From: Lingula anatina
Lineage: Eukaryota > Animalia > Brachiopoda
NCBI GenBank assembly: GCA_051362555.1
Contig: CM120643.1
Location: forward strand, 27,966,848 to 28,030,847
Length of the DNA stretch: 64,000 nt
Direction: 5' to 3'
How positions within the stretch are numbered: position 1 is the first letter of the stretch; every line of letters begins with the position of its first letter. Position numbers and translations under genes: made by a program. Of this stretch, positions 1 to 13,800 are shown in pieces. The notes under the pieces are model-generated. The model had not been told where the DNA came from. It saw only the letters and a program-made list of their open reading frames with translations, and did not search any database.

Positions 1-1682
1 TCTCTGGCCTGGCATTTTCCTCAGATGACCTGGCGGTGGGCCGTAAGATTCCATTTGCGGAGCCTGGGGGCCAAACGGGCGTGGCTGCTCCTGTGGCTGG
101 AAACCATGGGGTCCGGTCTGGGGAGGAACACCAACGTGCATCAAGAAAGTTTTGAATGCTCCTTCCGGAAGTTGTTCCAGGGGGCGCTGTTGGTCGGGTT
201 CAGGGGAGTGCTCGGGGCTGATGTCAAAGATCATGTTAAATCCGTGGCCTTGTGGCTGATGATTGTTATTGGCATCTGGTTGCTGTTGTTGCTGTTGATG
301 TGGTTGCATTGCCATCATGTCAATGAAAATTCCTGGGACATTCGGGATTCCCGGCATATTGCTGTCTGGAGAATTGAACGGTCTTCTCAGCGGCTGGTCT
401 GATGGATTCATGATTAAAGATGGCCTGGGTGTATCGTCGTTCTGGTTGCCAAACGGACCCGGGAAAGCAGGGGCGCCCATCATAGCCATACCGTGTCCCC
501 TTTGGGGCGTAGGGAAAGACTGGTTTGGACGACCTGACGGGAACGGGAATGGCACCTCCTGGTTATCTCCTCTCTGGAAAACTGGTGGTTGTTGTTGGTT
601 GGTGTCGTCGTGGCTCTGGTCTTGTGGGTGAGTGAGGTGACGATCAGGAGAGACATTGGTGTTACTGCCTAAACCGAACATTAGTCCCAGAAGATTAGCC
701 ATGATTTGGGGTGTCTGTTGTGGGCCTTCACTCTCGTCAGCTTCTTGGTTGTGTTGAGGCTCTTGAGGCTGCTGGCTGTCCTCGTCATTCTGATCAGGTT
801 GGAGGAACGGGTTGGGTGGCATCTGAGGCATTGCACCGGCAGGTGGAGCTGCTGGTCCCATCATGAAGGGGAAGGGTTGAGGGGCCATGTTGTTAGGCAT
901 AAACGGCTGCGGGAAGGGCCCTCGCCTGCGGTTATCGTCTCCGCCAAGGAGTGGTCGTCTGGGGTCACTGAATCCTGTACTGCTAGGGGCGCTAATTGGA
1001 GTGTCATCCTGACTTGGGACGGGAACGTCTTGGTTGTCATCGGCCTCTGGGACAACAACAATCGGGATTGGCTGGTTGTCCTCGGGCTGGCTGTCTTCCT
1101 GGGTTGTTTCTTCCGGGTCTTGATCAGGCTGGACTCTCTCTGGAGTTGGAGGAAGGGGCATTCTTGGAAAGAAGGGGCCCTGGTTGGTAGTGTCGGGGTT
1201 TGGAGGCACGGGAAAGACGGGCATGACCGGCGCTCCGTTCACTGTGATAGTCAACTGCTGTGCTGGTGTCTCGGCATTCTGTTCAGCGGGTGTGGAATCT
1301 TCCCCTGTTCCCACCATTTGCTGTGGTTCTGGTTGGTCTTGAGAGCTGACCTGTGGCGCCACCACTATGGTGGGGATGTCAGCAGTGGCGTCATCTGTGG
1401 CGTCATCAGTGGCGACATCTTCTGGTTTTGGTGGCTGCGGAATGCCATCTGCGAATGGGCTAAATTGTTCAGTCCACCCTAGGAGTAGAAATGAATTATT
1501 TTTAACAGATTGATGTCAAGTGTAGGTAGAAAGATTACACATATACCAACGAAATGTGCATATACTAATGATTATAACGGTTTTCTTGAACACAAAAAAT
1601 CAACTTAAACTTAATTAGCATATATAACGGAAATGTTTTTTAAAAAACAAACACTAGCTTAAAGATATATATTCAAATATCC

Positions 1683-1730
<48 letters not shown>

Positions 1731-3137
1731 GCATTCCACCCACACAATTCACTACCTAATCTTTAATTAAAGAAACCTTCACTATGATTGTTTATCCAAC
1801 ACATTTAACATGTGTGCTAAGTGAATTAGAGTACAAATACAAGGATCCAAAACAAGACATCAGATTAAAGAACTAATAGCCTTAATCAAGTTTGTCATGT
1901 TATTCGACAAATCGTGTTTCTCAAAAAATTCAAATGTAGAAGATTTCAGATATACCCGTACATCCTTCAAAACCGACGGGAAAAGATAAAAATAACACTT
2001 AAATCCATAATAATTACATGTCACCAAAAAGGGTATGTTTTAACATATTAAAATAAGAGATTGGAGGTAGATTTAAATACATACTGTGTCTTTTACAAAC
2101 CACAGAGTAAAGCGTCAGCTGGTTGTTATAGTGACATATCACTAGGAATATCAAAGCTACCTGTTTGTGACAGGCACCACGGGAAGATAGGGAGTTCAAA
2201 GTGACAGTAAAACAAGGTTATCTGGTCGCTTTTTACTGAGGTTCTAGAGTGCATTCTGTGAGGTCGCTTTAAGGAGTGTAAAGAATTTTATTTATTATCA
2301 TATCTTTATTATTTTTTATCATTATTATTATTATTGTTATTTTATTGTCATTGTTTCAATTAGCATTAATACTCAAAATTTCAATTGTGAGTCGTGAATT
2401 CAGTTGTGTACGTTATCAAAACAGTTGTTTAGCTTTCAAAACAGTTGGTTAGTTTTCTAGGGTGTCAATACGTCAAAATTGATAAATCATTGTCATTTGT
2501 GACAACTTTCATACCACGTGGTAATTTTCTCCAATACCGCAAAATTAGCATTTGCAATTATTATTATCAGAGAGTATATCAGTTTATCTGCAAGCATAGA
2601 GGTGATGTTAAGATAAATGACAAGATGTTCAATTATTTTAAAATGTAATGATGAGAAGTTAGGTTTGCACTAAATTTCGGTTATTTTCGTAAACAAAAAT
2701 TTGGTGACAACCTAAAACTAGAAAGTAGTGTGAACTTATCTCATGAACTCATTATTCAAGTTAGTTTACCTATCACTTCGGTCTATAAAGGAAGGGTATT
2801 GTGTAGAGTTTCCAGAGTTTATTTATAACTTTTAATAAAGTGGTCGTTGTATGTTAAAATAATCCCTAGCGTTTTACCTTAACAACACTTTCCTTTAAAA
2901 CGACATTTTTTTTTATCTCAATCGATCATTTGTATCCCTTAATGAGTATTTTCCATGAATTTTAGAATTATATAAATATTGTCACCATCAACAGCAGCAA
3001 TATCACCATTTTTATTATCATCAACACCATTACCATCATCGTCTCACACACACACACACACACACACACACCGAAAACTTACCTTGACTTACGACTGCTA
3101 GAAAAGTCAGCAGTGCCACTACTTTCACGTGTAACAT
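1..3137 (-). CDS. Secreted low-complexity Pro/Gln/Asp/Glu/Met-rich protein (3'-partial); coding exons 3137-3083 and 1478-<1
   Basis: Exon 3137-3083 encodes MLHVKVVALLTFLAVVSQ (signal-peptide-like) and ends G|GTAAGT. The acceptor CTCCTAG| leads into 1478 in matching phase 1, giving G-WTEQFSPFADGIPQPPKPEDVATDDATDDATAD..., open with no stop for about 490 codons to the window edge (e.g. GPFPQPFMPNNMAPQPFPFMMGP, MQPHQQQQQQPD). The ORF track misses it because the stop lies outside the window. Confidence 0.88.
1688..1726. repeat. (AG)n microsatellite
   Basis: Perfect AG run. Confidence 0.95.
3045..3071. repeat. (CA)n microsatellite
   Basis: Perfect CA run next to a splice donor. Confidence 0.95.
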
Positions 3138-4105
3138 GGTCTACTGAAAACAACAGAAATAAAAGTTGAACTGGGATCTGATATTTAAAGCAGCATTTTG
3201 TTATGATCCAACATTCCGTTAGCACCCTCTATTTGATCTCATTAATTATTCTTCTCTCAGTCTGTTATTATTCTGCATTGCTTTGAATGCTGGCATTTAC
3301 TCTTTACCACAATTTACTAAATCATTCTTATTATCGACACAAGATAAGACGCAGGCCCTGCAGATTTTGAGCATAAACAGTAGACGCATTTATTCCTAAT
3401 TTCGTAGCATTCGACCCCTTCATACCGATATTTAACGGTACATATTAATAAGTCCCATACTTAAGGCACATATCTGATTCAACGTTTATGGAAATATCTT
3501 TGTGACAAAATTTCCTGCGGCTGCTATCGCTGCACTATTAACTGTAGAGGAACAATCACGCGGTCTTCATGAAGCGCTTATCAGTTATATTTCGATACAA
3601 GTGCATAATTTCTTCACAGTTAAAGAGAGGGAGTTTTATTCCCAAATGTGTCATTAGATCCAGCACCTTGTGCAGGTAGCAGATCTCAAATGTAGATTTT
3701 GCAGTTCTCAATTCATATTCCGCCCTTCGCTGCTGTTCTATCTTGTTAATAAAGGCGGCCAGGAAAAGGTGTTTTCAACTATTGAAGGTGAAAATCACGA
3801 ACAGACAGAGCCGGTCCTCGTGTTTTAAACAAATGCAGTTTACACGAATTCTTAACTGGTTTGACTTTTTTAAAGAAGTCAAGAATATTTTAACTTCTAG
3901 CATAGGTCAACACCACCTTGTTATTAAACATATGACTCAGCCACTGAAAGTGCGGTATATCTGCAGTGTCACGAAATAGACAAACTAAATAAGACGAAAT
4001 GGATTTTGAACGCGTATAGAAATGTTTCCCTTATGTTTATCGTCGCTGTTTTGTATCTAATGTTAATTTCATTCCTTCAAACCGCTGGATCTAAACACAT
4101 TCTCA

Positions 4106-4150
<45 letters not shown>
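4106..4150. repeat. (ATT)n microsatellite
   Basis: ATT run. Confidence 0.95.
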
Positions 4151-4151
<1 letters not shown>

Positions 4152-4372
4152 TGCTCGTGCTGCTGTTGTTGTTCTTATATAACTGCCTTCATCCCGTACG
4201 AAATTCATCCACATTTCTTACCAGTACGACTGTGTGACCTCCGCGCGTGACCTCCTAGACTGATGTATTTTTTCGCCACTGATGAGATATTAAATGTTTT
4301 CATCGTGACTTAATGGTTACCAATCACGAGCCTCGCATCATTCTTATACAAACAACTTGAAAGACAAAGACT

Positions 4373-4780
4373 GGATTCCCATACCCGGATCGATCTAACA
4401 GGATCGATCCATCTCCAAGGGATATCTCTTTAACCTGCTTCAGCTTCAGCGGCTTAGATGTCTGGCACGCCTACTGAAGCTAAGCCGCTAAAGTTGATTG
4501 CAAATAAGACCCCATTCCCATAGATTTTAGATCGATCTATCCCTGTGGGGAGTCTCACTTGATTACTGTTAGCTTAGCCGGCTTAAGCGTCTGTCCCGCC
4601 TTCTAAAAGCTGTAAGGGGGTAATTAGCTATGGTGCGCGCTCGGCTGACTGCAATTTAGCGTGAACCCCCAGAGAGTTAGGTCGATCTAAATCTTAATCT
4701 CTGGATCGATCTAAATCTCTGGGAATGCACCCTCAGGGAGAATCCCGGAGATAGTAAGTGCGGTAGGGTCTGGGAATGGT
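4373..4780. mobile_element. Degenerate MITE/foldback element(s) with nested inverted repeats
   Basis: ATTCCCATACCC at the left end and GGGTCTGGGAAT at the right. Internal CATTCCCATAGATTTTAGATCGATC (~4513) is inverted to GATCGATCTAAATCTCTGGGAATG (~4704). GATCGATC motifs recur. Confidence 0.55.
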
Positions 4781-5120
4781 CCCAAAGATGTTTGTCTATG
4801 CTTTTCCTGTAGTTTAGAGCTCTTAAACCTGTCATGTCATGAACTAAACAATTTTCCCTCGCCTAATACCATTACCATTCCTTTTATTGTTATTATTATT
4901 ATTTGGTATCAAAGGTATAAACCACCGTGCTTTGCCAAAATTAAGACGCTATTAGTGTTGTCGCGGGCTATTATTGTTTTAAGAAGACTTATTACCTATG
5001 ATGTTGACTCACAGATTTCTAACGTGCACTGCGGCATCATGCAAGGTGATTTTTAATATGTCATGACGATGATGTTAATACAGAAGAACACGCAAACAAA
5101 CACATACTCTAACCCCCCCC

Positions 5121-5134
5121 CCACACACACACAC

Positions 5135-5186
<52 letters not shown>
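5121..5186. repeat. (CA)n(AG)n compound microsatellite
   Basis: Visible directly. Confidence 0.95.
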
Positions 5187-5188
<2 letters not shown>

Positions 5189-6891
5189 GAGTATGCAACC
5201 GGCATGCTGAAGCTCACAGCAGCAACATTTTGCCATGTTATAAATTCTAACTAATTAAATTTTAGGCGATTTCTAGGTGAAAAGCAGGTAGACAAAGACT
5301 GCCGGGGAGATTGTTTTAGTCATTAATAGCCTGCTAGAATATCACGATTGCATAACGTGTTTTATATATACAATCCTGTTTATACTTAGATGGCCTGCTG
5401 GAGGTGATCAGCTGGCGACACTTGGTTTGGACACCGGGTGTAAGTACACTGGGACAATTTGGACCGACTTCTAAGCGACCTACACGCTTTTCGGCATTAG
5501 GATCAAACTCAGTCGTGCCGATCACAATACATATGGCAATATGAAGCACTCGTGTATTTCAACGCATAGGGGAAGTTACTTGGGCGACATGCTGAGTGCC
5601 CAACGACTTCTTTGCAATCGGCCGATAAATTGTTGAGTTACCGTTACAGATGCAGAGAAGACACGTTTCGCATTTATATTTTTATCACGCCTCGCTTCAT
5701 TATCCCTGCATATTAATTTTACGACCTCAAACAGCGCCATGTGCGACAGGGCATGTTAACAACATTAAAGCTTTCTCTTTTGCCTAGTAACAAATATATG
5801 TTTTCTATTTCGTTTTTTCACGGTGACCTATACGCATATTTGCAGAAGCATTAATTTGTTGTCCACTTTTGTGAATCACCATAAGCATAAAATTGATTTA
5901 ATAACAGAAACTTTGCACGTCATTCCTTTACAGCACCTTTTGTTTTATTTTATTTTATTTTATTTTACAAATGCTTAACATTTACAAATGCTTAACAGCA
6001 GGCCTCTCAGTAAGATTGAAAATCGTTATCTGCAAAAGAGCAACTGCATGGCATCGGTGATAAGCCAGTAATTACCTCTTTCTACATTCCCATTGCGAAG
6101 AACAAATATTGAAAACTAAGTTGAAAACATCGTCGTGTTTATATTTTTACACGTGCTATTCTATACGGAAGAGAATAGCGTTTTAAACCTTACATCTCCA
6201 TCCATTTCTCTACAAACACGTGTGTCTTCATAATGTCTTATACAACATATCGTAGAGGAAATAGTTTAAGATTCATGCAAATTGCTGGGTAGGATACCAA
6301 GCAGCAGTTTTCGGACGAGGAAACAAGCGTTGATATGTATCTCTCCGCGGCGTTATCTACCTGTGTTATTATTCTCTCCCTAAGTCGTTACCTGTAGAAA
6401 TTTAATGTCCATCCCAGAGAAAAAAAAATCCACTATGTTTGTTCTTTAGCAATAGAGATCCCATGTCGTCTGGCTCGCGTGACACTGATGATGTTATGAA
6501 TATAGTCAGGGTATGAGCTTGACTTTTAACTCTTGCTTGATTTTCACACGTTAATGGAGTTCACGACTTTATAGGGTGCAGCATAAACTGTTTCAAGTTT
6601 TGTCCATTAGTAACTTTCTTCTCATAGAAATATCAATGGCTGTTTGGCTGCATTAAGCTTTACAAAATTACTAAAATATGAACGAATCTCAGTGTGTCTC
6701 ACTGTTATATATGGAAATTATTATATACGAAAGTTATTAAAGCGAGCTATTTACGTAAAACATGCTCATAATTTTTTTGTAACTTCATTCATATTGCCCA
6801 AAAATATGTATCTCACACCAATAAGAAGTAAAGATTATAAAAAGCAAGGAGAAAAAAATCAAAACAAAACACCGCGACGTACTCTACTTAC

Positions 6892-7054
6892 CCGTGGCTG
6901 TCCTGCAGCTGTTAGTACCACGTCGTATTCTAGTGTCGTCTGCTGCAGTCCTCGGGCGCACGCAGCATCATTAAAATCATGCAAATGTCGCTTCAGATGG
7001 ATGAGTTCATTTTAGCGGAGGGATATCTCGGCGTTCCATGTTGCTTTTTTTATA
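6892..7054 (-). promoter_or_regulatory. Probable TATA promoter and non-coding first exon of the secreted low-complexity protein gene
   Basis: Minus-strand TATAAAA at 7054-7048 and a donor GG|GTAAGT with the exon ending at 6892. The ATG exon has its own acceptor (TTTTCAG| at 3144-3145), so an upstream UTR exon is required. Confidence 0.5.
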
Positions 7055-8436
7055 AATATTCATAAGTTAGAGCGAGGTTTTGAGATTTTATCGTAGTAAT
7101 TCGCACACAGAGGCAAACGTGATGAGAGCAAGAGCAGCTATCTTAATTAATTAATTAATCAGCATTACATCTTTTTGTTGAAGCTGTGCTGATTGTCATT
7201 TGTACAATTAACATATCATGAAGAAATGACGACCAGGAAACACTTGGGAGCTTATCATCGCCATTTTTCTTTTTTGTTTTGTCCTACGAGTACGTGATAC
7301 AAGATAGTGAACAAATGTGCACGCCCCACCTTAATGTGAATGACGTTGTTTTCAAGTTTAGATATCTTGGGTCAAAATGACACAGCAGTAATGTGTGATA
7401 TAAAAAAAGTAATAGAAAAACGCAGTGTCAGGTACGACGTATTCAAACGTGTAATTTAAAGTGTTGCTCGGTTGTATATATCGGGGCATGTGACTCCTCA
7501 TTTAAAATGAGCCTCGTCAGGAAATATAGACATGAAAGAAAAAAAACTGATTTAGTGTTATTACTTTAATCTCATCCCTTCCTTTAAGTAACGCGACAAA
7601 TCTTTATTTATGTAATTATTTAGTTATTTTATTTCTTTTTTATGGGGGGGGGGGGTACAATTATATTTCATGTAAATTGAAAAAAGAACGTTAACATGAC
7701 AAGAGACGAGAAAATCCATCAAGAGATGATATCTCTGTATTTATTAAAGCGACAGGGTGATATGGAGTGGTCAGGGAGGGTGCGAGAGATGTCAAAAAGC
7801 CGTTATACATCAGATGATGTAACATAAATGAATATGATAAACATACTATATTCATTTTCAGACCGCTTCAACTATTTCAGTAACATACCTAAATACTCTT
7901 AACACGAAAAGGATCCATTTTCAAATTAGAATCAAACGTGAATTTTGGGTGGAAAAAAAAGTTTTATTTTTTATATTTTTATTTGCTTACAACATGCTTC
8001 GAGGATATAATTTTGGCTCTTGGATTGACACATGTAAAGGATGTTAATTTTTCAAAAAGATGTTATAAAAAAGGTTCCAACGGTTCTTCCCTCAAGCATT
8101 CCGCCAAGCTCTTTTTTAAACTTCACCTTATTTTCGAGTAAATCAAAGAATTATGAAAAGGCGGCAAGGTCATCTGAATGTCACAGGTTGAAAGAAAGGG
8201 CTTTCCACAATATTGTACAAGGGTGGAAAAAAACGTCTTTTGACGTCGTCGGCCGATTACCATGGCCAAAACCACCAGCCAAGCAGCAGGTCACCCGAGT
8301 GAACTAGAAAACCGGTTTGGACAATCACTACGTATGATAAGGAACTGAGCGGTCTTAGAGTCCGTCCTCCATTTAAGCGGTACATGTTAGGGTTAGTGTG
8401 ACGTGAGTGGGACAATCTGGGACGAGCTGGCCAGTA

Positions 8437-8613
8437 CAGGTGTAACAGGAATGGAAGTCCTAGGAATGGAAGTCCGGGCTCCAATATGATTAATACAGGT
8501 ATAGTAAGGGTTAGTTGGAGTATTGGGTTTAGTATATGGGACGAGTGTCAACTGTACAAAGTAATGGGATGCAGACTACTATTCCTAGCGGACTTCAATT
8601 CCTGTTACACCTG
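8437..8613. mobile_element. MITE with ~30-bp TIRs
   Basis: CAGGTGTAACAGGAATGGAAGTCC-TAGGAAT ... ATTCCTAGCGGACTTCAATTCCTGTTACACCTG. Confidence 0.75.
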
Positions 8614-9100
8614 ATTCAGTATCACATGTACCTCTCTCGTGCTTGACACCGAGTCTGCAACCATCTGATTAATGCTATCTTCCCGTGTGGAACAAAATTA
8701 TAGTGCAAACGTCGACCTTTACACACATTTTGTCTGGAATCAACTTTGTATTCAAAGGCTATAATTTCTTTAGGCGCTTACAGACTTAAACGATGATCGC
8801 GAGAAAGACAATGACTGAAAACTGTCCGCGGTAACTTAAAGAGTAACTAAAACTCTACACGTAACGTTCCTTGTATTCAATAACAATTTATTCATACCCA
8901 GTAAATGAACAATTGAAATGTTTACTACCAGTTACAAAGTAAACGACATTTGATGTCCTTACAGACGCAAAACTTTGCCCTTGATACGAAATGAAAGTGC
9001 TTTCTTTCACAGGCACAATAGAGAATGAGACTGTCGGTACCTAGCTAGTCAGGTAATATGTTCTCAGAAATAGAATGCTTCCATTTTACTGCATTTATTA

Positions 9101-9313
9101 AAACCTCCTTTACACTGGACGGCGTCCTTTCTGCGACCATGAAACTGGCATCGCTGTGGTGGTAGAAAGGAGGCACAAGCATCGCTTTGGTTGCTAAATG
9201 AAACCTCAATGATCGGCCGGTTGTCGGCACGTTAAGTATTCTTATTTTTTTATTCTCAAACAGGGCCGTACTTCGTGGACGCAGAAAGGACGCCGCCCAG
9301 CGTAAGGGGGCTT
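9101..9313. mobile_element. MITE with ~45-bp imperfect TIRs, PIF/Harbinger-like termini
   Basis: CCTCCTTTACACTGGACGGCGTCCTTTCTGCG ... CGCAGAAAGGACGCCGCCCAGCGTAAGGGGG, with TTAA on both sides. The superfamily assignment is inferred from the terminal motif only. Confidence 0.65.
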
Positions 9314-10854
9314 AACGTGTCGCCTCTCAACTATTGGGAATCTTTTGCGTTTTAACAGTGGGAATACACCTATAAAATACAAGGGCAGGTGAATTTTTTC
9401 CTCAATTAAGAAAATCATATGGTACAATTAAATGCATTTAAAACTGCATTCATTCCATTATCCTTACCCTAATAATTTCAGCAAAGCTCATGTTGTTCAT
9501 TAATGAAAAACATTACATATTAGTAACATTGAAGATACATGTCCAGGTTATTTCTTGAAAAAATATTCTTTTAAACAAGAACTGAATAACAAGCAATCAA
9601 TAATTTCATTTTTTGTTAGATCTTTATAATCTTCCAATAACTTATTGCATTTTGTAGAAATGAAAACGCCTTGATGACGCATGACCTGCTTTAGATTTTA
9701 ACATGCAGATTTACAGACCCTGGGAATAATAACATACATTTTAAAAAGTGAGAATGATAGAAGAGCAATTGACACTGAAAACACAGATGGTTACAATAAC
9801 ATCCGAGTGTTGCTGCTATGGGAAAATAATGGTACATGCAAAAATGGAAAAAAGAAATAAGACATTTAACCCACCATACAACAGATGCACTTCCTTTTCA
9901 ATATAAATTAAACGACATCAAATGGAAATACTGTCATCACACTACATTTTAGCAGCACGGATACACACTTAACGAGGTTAAAATATCTTACTTTTTTGAA
10001 GATGCCAACCCCATGACATTAACTCACAAACAAAAGAATTGCTAAAACTAAGTTCCCATCCACGTTATTCTACATAATAACTTACAAAAAAATTCTTTCA
10101 GTCTCAAAGAAAGATAATTTTTGCATCCCAGTTGTGTATAATCAATTCACATTTTCATTCAAACATGCAAAGATGTCAAGTATGTTATTGCCCTTTCTCA
10201 ATCTTGACACACCCTCGTGAACCTTCCCACCAGATAAAACCATGCTTACATAATAAGATCTTACCATCTGCAGTCTGTTTTACAACATACCATAGCATTA
10301 AAGTTATAATTAAACCTTACATAATAGCAGAAAAAAATGCTTTGGCATCTAATTTTTGCTCTTATCAAATTTTTGTAGCAAAGTCTGTGACGAAAAGAGA
10401 AAAAAATTGTCAGGTAGAGAACAACATAGCATTAGATAAAGTACTGTCAACAATGCTGCAGAACAACTTAACAGAGACATAAAGAAGATGGCACTTTATT
10501 GTGGAAACAAAGCTTTGCAATAAAAAAGGCCAATAAAATAAATCCCAATCATTTTATTTTATGTGCTATTCTAGAGATAAGAAACAGCACGACTAAGATC
10601 ACAATGGCCAGAACAAACCTTGATACCTTAGAGGAACAAATCAATTGTCCTCGGGGGAAAAATGCGCCCAAGAAATGCATCTTTTCACCTCTGTTCCTCG
10701 ACTCTTACACCCCCCTGGTGTAAACCATGACTGATCTTCATGTTCTGCTCACCAAGTCTTCAGAACAACTTCAAAGCACCAGCGCCCAGTCACTTTTCCT
10801 CATATTTGTTTTAAAAATCCAGCAGACATCTGCAGAGTTCTGCGGCTGTTACTG

Positions 10855-13800
10855 TCATTCTTTGGCGAAGAGGTCTCCAGCAGACGGCAGAGGTTTCAGA
10901 CCCCCCGTGACATCTGGTAGCAGAGACAGGTCGGGGAGATTTTGGATGTGAGACCTCAGCTCGTTCCGTACCTCGGACACTTTACCCAACTTTTGTTTGT
11001 ATTCCTGGGAAAAAGAAACAATATGATCATTATTCTATGGTATTTTCTTGTTGTGTAGTCTACAATAGTCTTCTGTTGGAAATTTTAGTTTGGGTAATTT
11101 TAAAAGTTGTTTCTGTATGATAAGAGATAAGAGAAAAATAACTACTGGAGCACTAACTGTCACATGATTTTTTTCCAGTGGGAATTTTCTCTCACTTTGT
11201 CACAGTTTTCATATCACGATCAAAGATCAAAAACTTACATCTAATCTTTTTTCTGACTCCGTCAGCTGGTCTTTTTGGAATGCTATAAAATCTTTTAACA
11301 TCTGCGCTATATGTTTTCTTTCTTCCAGTTCTTTTGATAAACGAGAGTTGTACTCGGCTAGAAGGAGGGAAGCATCCTCCACCTCTCGACTCAACCTGTC
11401 CACTGTTTCCCTGTCTGGAAGAAAACAACAGTATACAATAAGAAATTCACTAGAAGCAAACACCCATAATTCAACAGAACTTATAAATGGATTAAGTGTT
11501 TACTAACACTACCTGCAGATCATTTAGCACTAATGCCTATATTAACAACGTAACCCACAAATTAACCAACACACCGTAAAATTATTTAGCACCAACAAAG
11601 CGATACCTAACACTAACACTCATTCGCTCTGTTATTGCCGGATGCGGAATATGTTGTTAATTTGTGGTTTTAAATTTATAAGGCCTGATTCAAGGGAAGA
11701 AAAGAAATGATGCTACAGAGAGTTGAAGAAAATGAAAATACACAAAAGCTGAAAACAAGCAGTGACAGAGTCTAAAAAAAAAAAAAAAAAACAACACTTT
11801 ACAATGTCAGAGAAAAATCAATGAAATTTCACCATGTCTTAATCTCATCTCACTTCCGTTAAGTTTCCAAGTGGGTGTTTAAATCTTGGGGCAAATAAAA
11901 ACTAATTAAACAAACAGATAATCCTGGAATGAAGAAATATCTTTGTTTGTTCACCTACAATACTGTGAACATGCCAGCTGTTTAATTAGCTATTAATATT
12001 GTTTACAGGAGCAAATCATTATCAAAATCTGTACAATATAAATAAATGCTTAGAATCAGAAGCCCAGTGCCACTTCAAGAGTTCTACCTTTTATCTTCTC
12101 CAACATGGCGATATCAGAGACCTCTGGTGGCAGAGCTGCAATTCTTTCCCTGACGGCAGCATCTGTGGATGCAGAGTTCTCCAAATCCTGTAGAGCTCGA
12201 ACTAACTCCTCTGCCTGAAAGATATTTAATGTAACAATAGTTCAAAGGGAAAAACAGTATGTAAAACCGAAAATATCAACTTCTTGATTAACCTGTTAAG
12301 TGGAGGCAATTTTTTCAATACCTGTATCATTGCCACCAATTATCTCAGTTTTTTTTTATTAAAATAGTGAAATAAAAGAAATATTATAATTTTCTGATGA
12401 GACAGGTGGTAAAACATGCCAAGTCTTAAAACATATACTGTTGGAATAGATCAACTACAATGTCAGACTAGAGTAGTAGAGAGTCATGGTCATCTCCCAG
12501 GAAGGTGCCACCAGCACATTTGTTACTGGTTGGATGTAACCACAAACAAAATAACTTTCAAATTAAGGAAAGAAAAAAATACAAAAAAATCAAAGACAAT
12601 TTTTTTTTACAGAGAAAATGTGCTGAAGTTTGAGCCTGATGAGTATGGTGTTGATATCAACTTACGTCAGGAGGTTCTTTGGGTGAGTCTGATATATCTG
12701 CCGCTATCTCCTCTCTCAGAGATAGAGGAAGTTGTTCTAGTTTGGTTTGATCTAGCTTGCTCTTCTTCACCGGTGGTGCTTCTGCCTCTGGAATAATAAT
12801 AATAATAATAATAATAGTAGTAATAATAATAATAATGATGATGACGATGTTTCTGAAACAGAAAAACTTCAAATAAAATAAAGTGGAGGATGCGCTTCAT
12901 TTGTGTTCCTTTATATGCTTCAGTTACTTTATAATGTGAATTGACCTGCAATCATCATATATCTAAGGTTAACATAACCCTCATCCTGTCTGCTTAATGA
13001 ATATGGAAGTAAAAACAATTCTGGCTATATTTTCACCATAAAATCATCTCTTCTGGGTAGCACCATATTAAGGATTAGGCATACAACTTAATGTTTCAGT
13101 TGTTTTTTATGTTTTTAAAATTTTGCCCAATGCTGTACAAAAATAAAATAATATTCACCAAATAAGAACATTCTGACACATTTAATCCTACCCACCTTTG
13201 GGTTCACTCTTCCCTGATAGCGCCTGTTTCAGTTCATGCAGGAGATGTTTTTCAAACACGTTTCTTTCCTTCCAAATATTACACAGTCTCCCCAGAGCCT
13301 GCTGGGTCTTCTCATCCGCCTCCCTGCAATAATCATAAGAAATTAACAGACCCAACTCAAAAATAATATTATATATTATGTTATTAAAACACTGTGTACT
13401 AAGTGATAAAATGGTTTATCCAGGATTTTGGACTTAGGGAGTCCATGTTCATTGTCTCAGTAAGAAAATTAATTGAAATGAGTCAAATTCATTTTCTTAC
13501 TGAGACAGGTTTACTCAGCTACATGTTCACCAATAAAATATGTGAACAAATTGCTAAAATAGGGTGTCCAAAAGACAGCTGGATTCCTTTACTATAGCAT
13601 TTTTAGGTTGACAACGTTGTGCAATTATCCCAATAAGTTAGAGAAAATAAGTTTTTTGACTGAAAATCCAGAAAAAAAAATTGAAATCACATCTCCAATG
13701 GATACACTTACATTGCCACATGGTTCAGAGCCTCCATCAAGACAGGTGCAAAGTCCTTGGTGAACTCCGGACCTTTCTTCTTGCTGTTCTGGACCACATC

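Noticed and set aside
25-1482. Plus-strand ORFs of 125, 104 and 258 aa (Trp/Leu/Gly-rich)
   Set aside because: Antisense shadows of the Pro/Gln-rich minus-strand exon, which has the splice signals and signal peptide.
3200-3950. Minus-strand stretch with coding-like composition in the first intron
   Set aside because: Multiple stops and no recognisable motif; possibly an old TE relic, but I cannot support a call.
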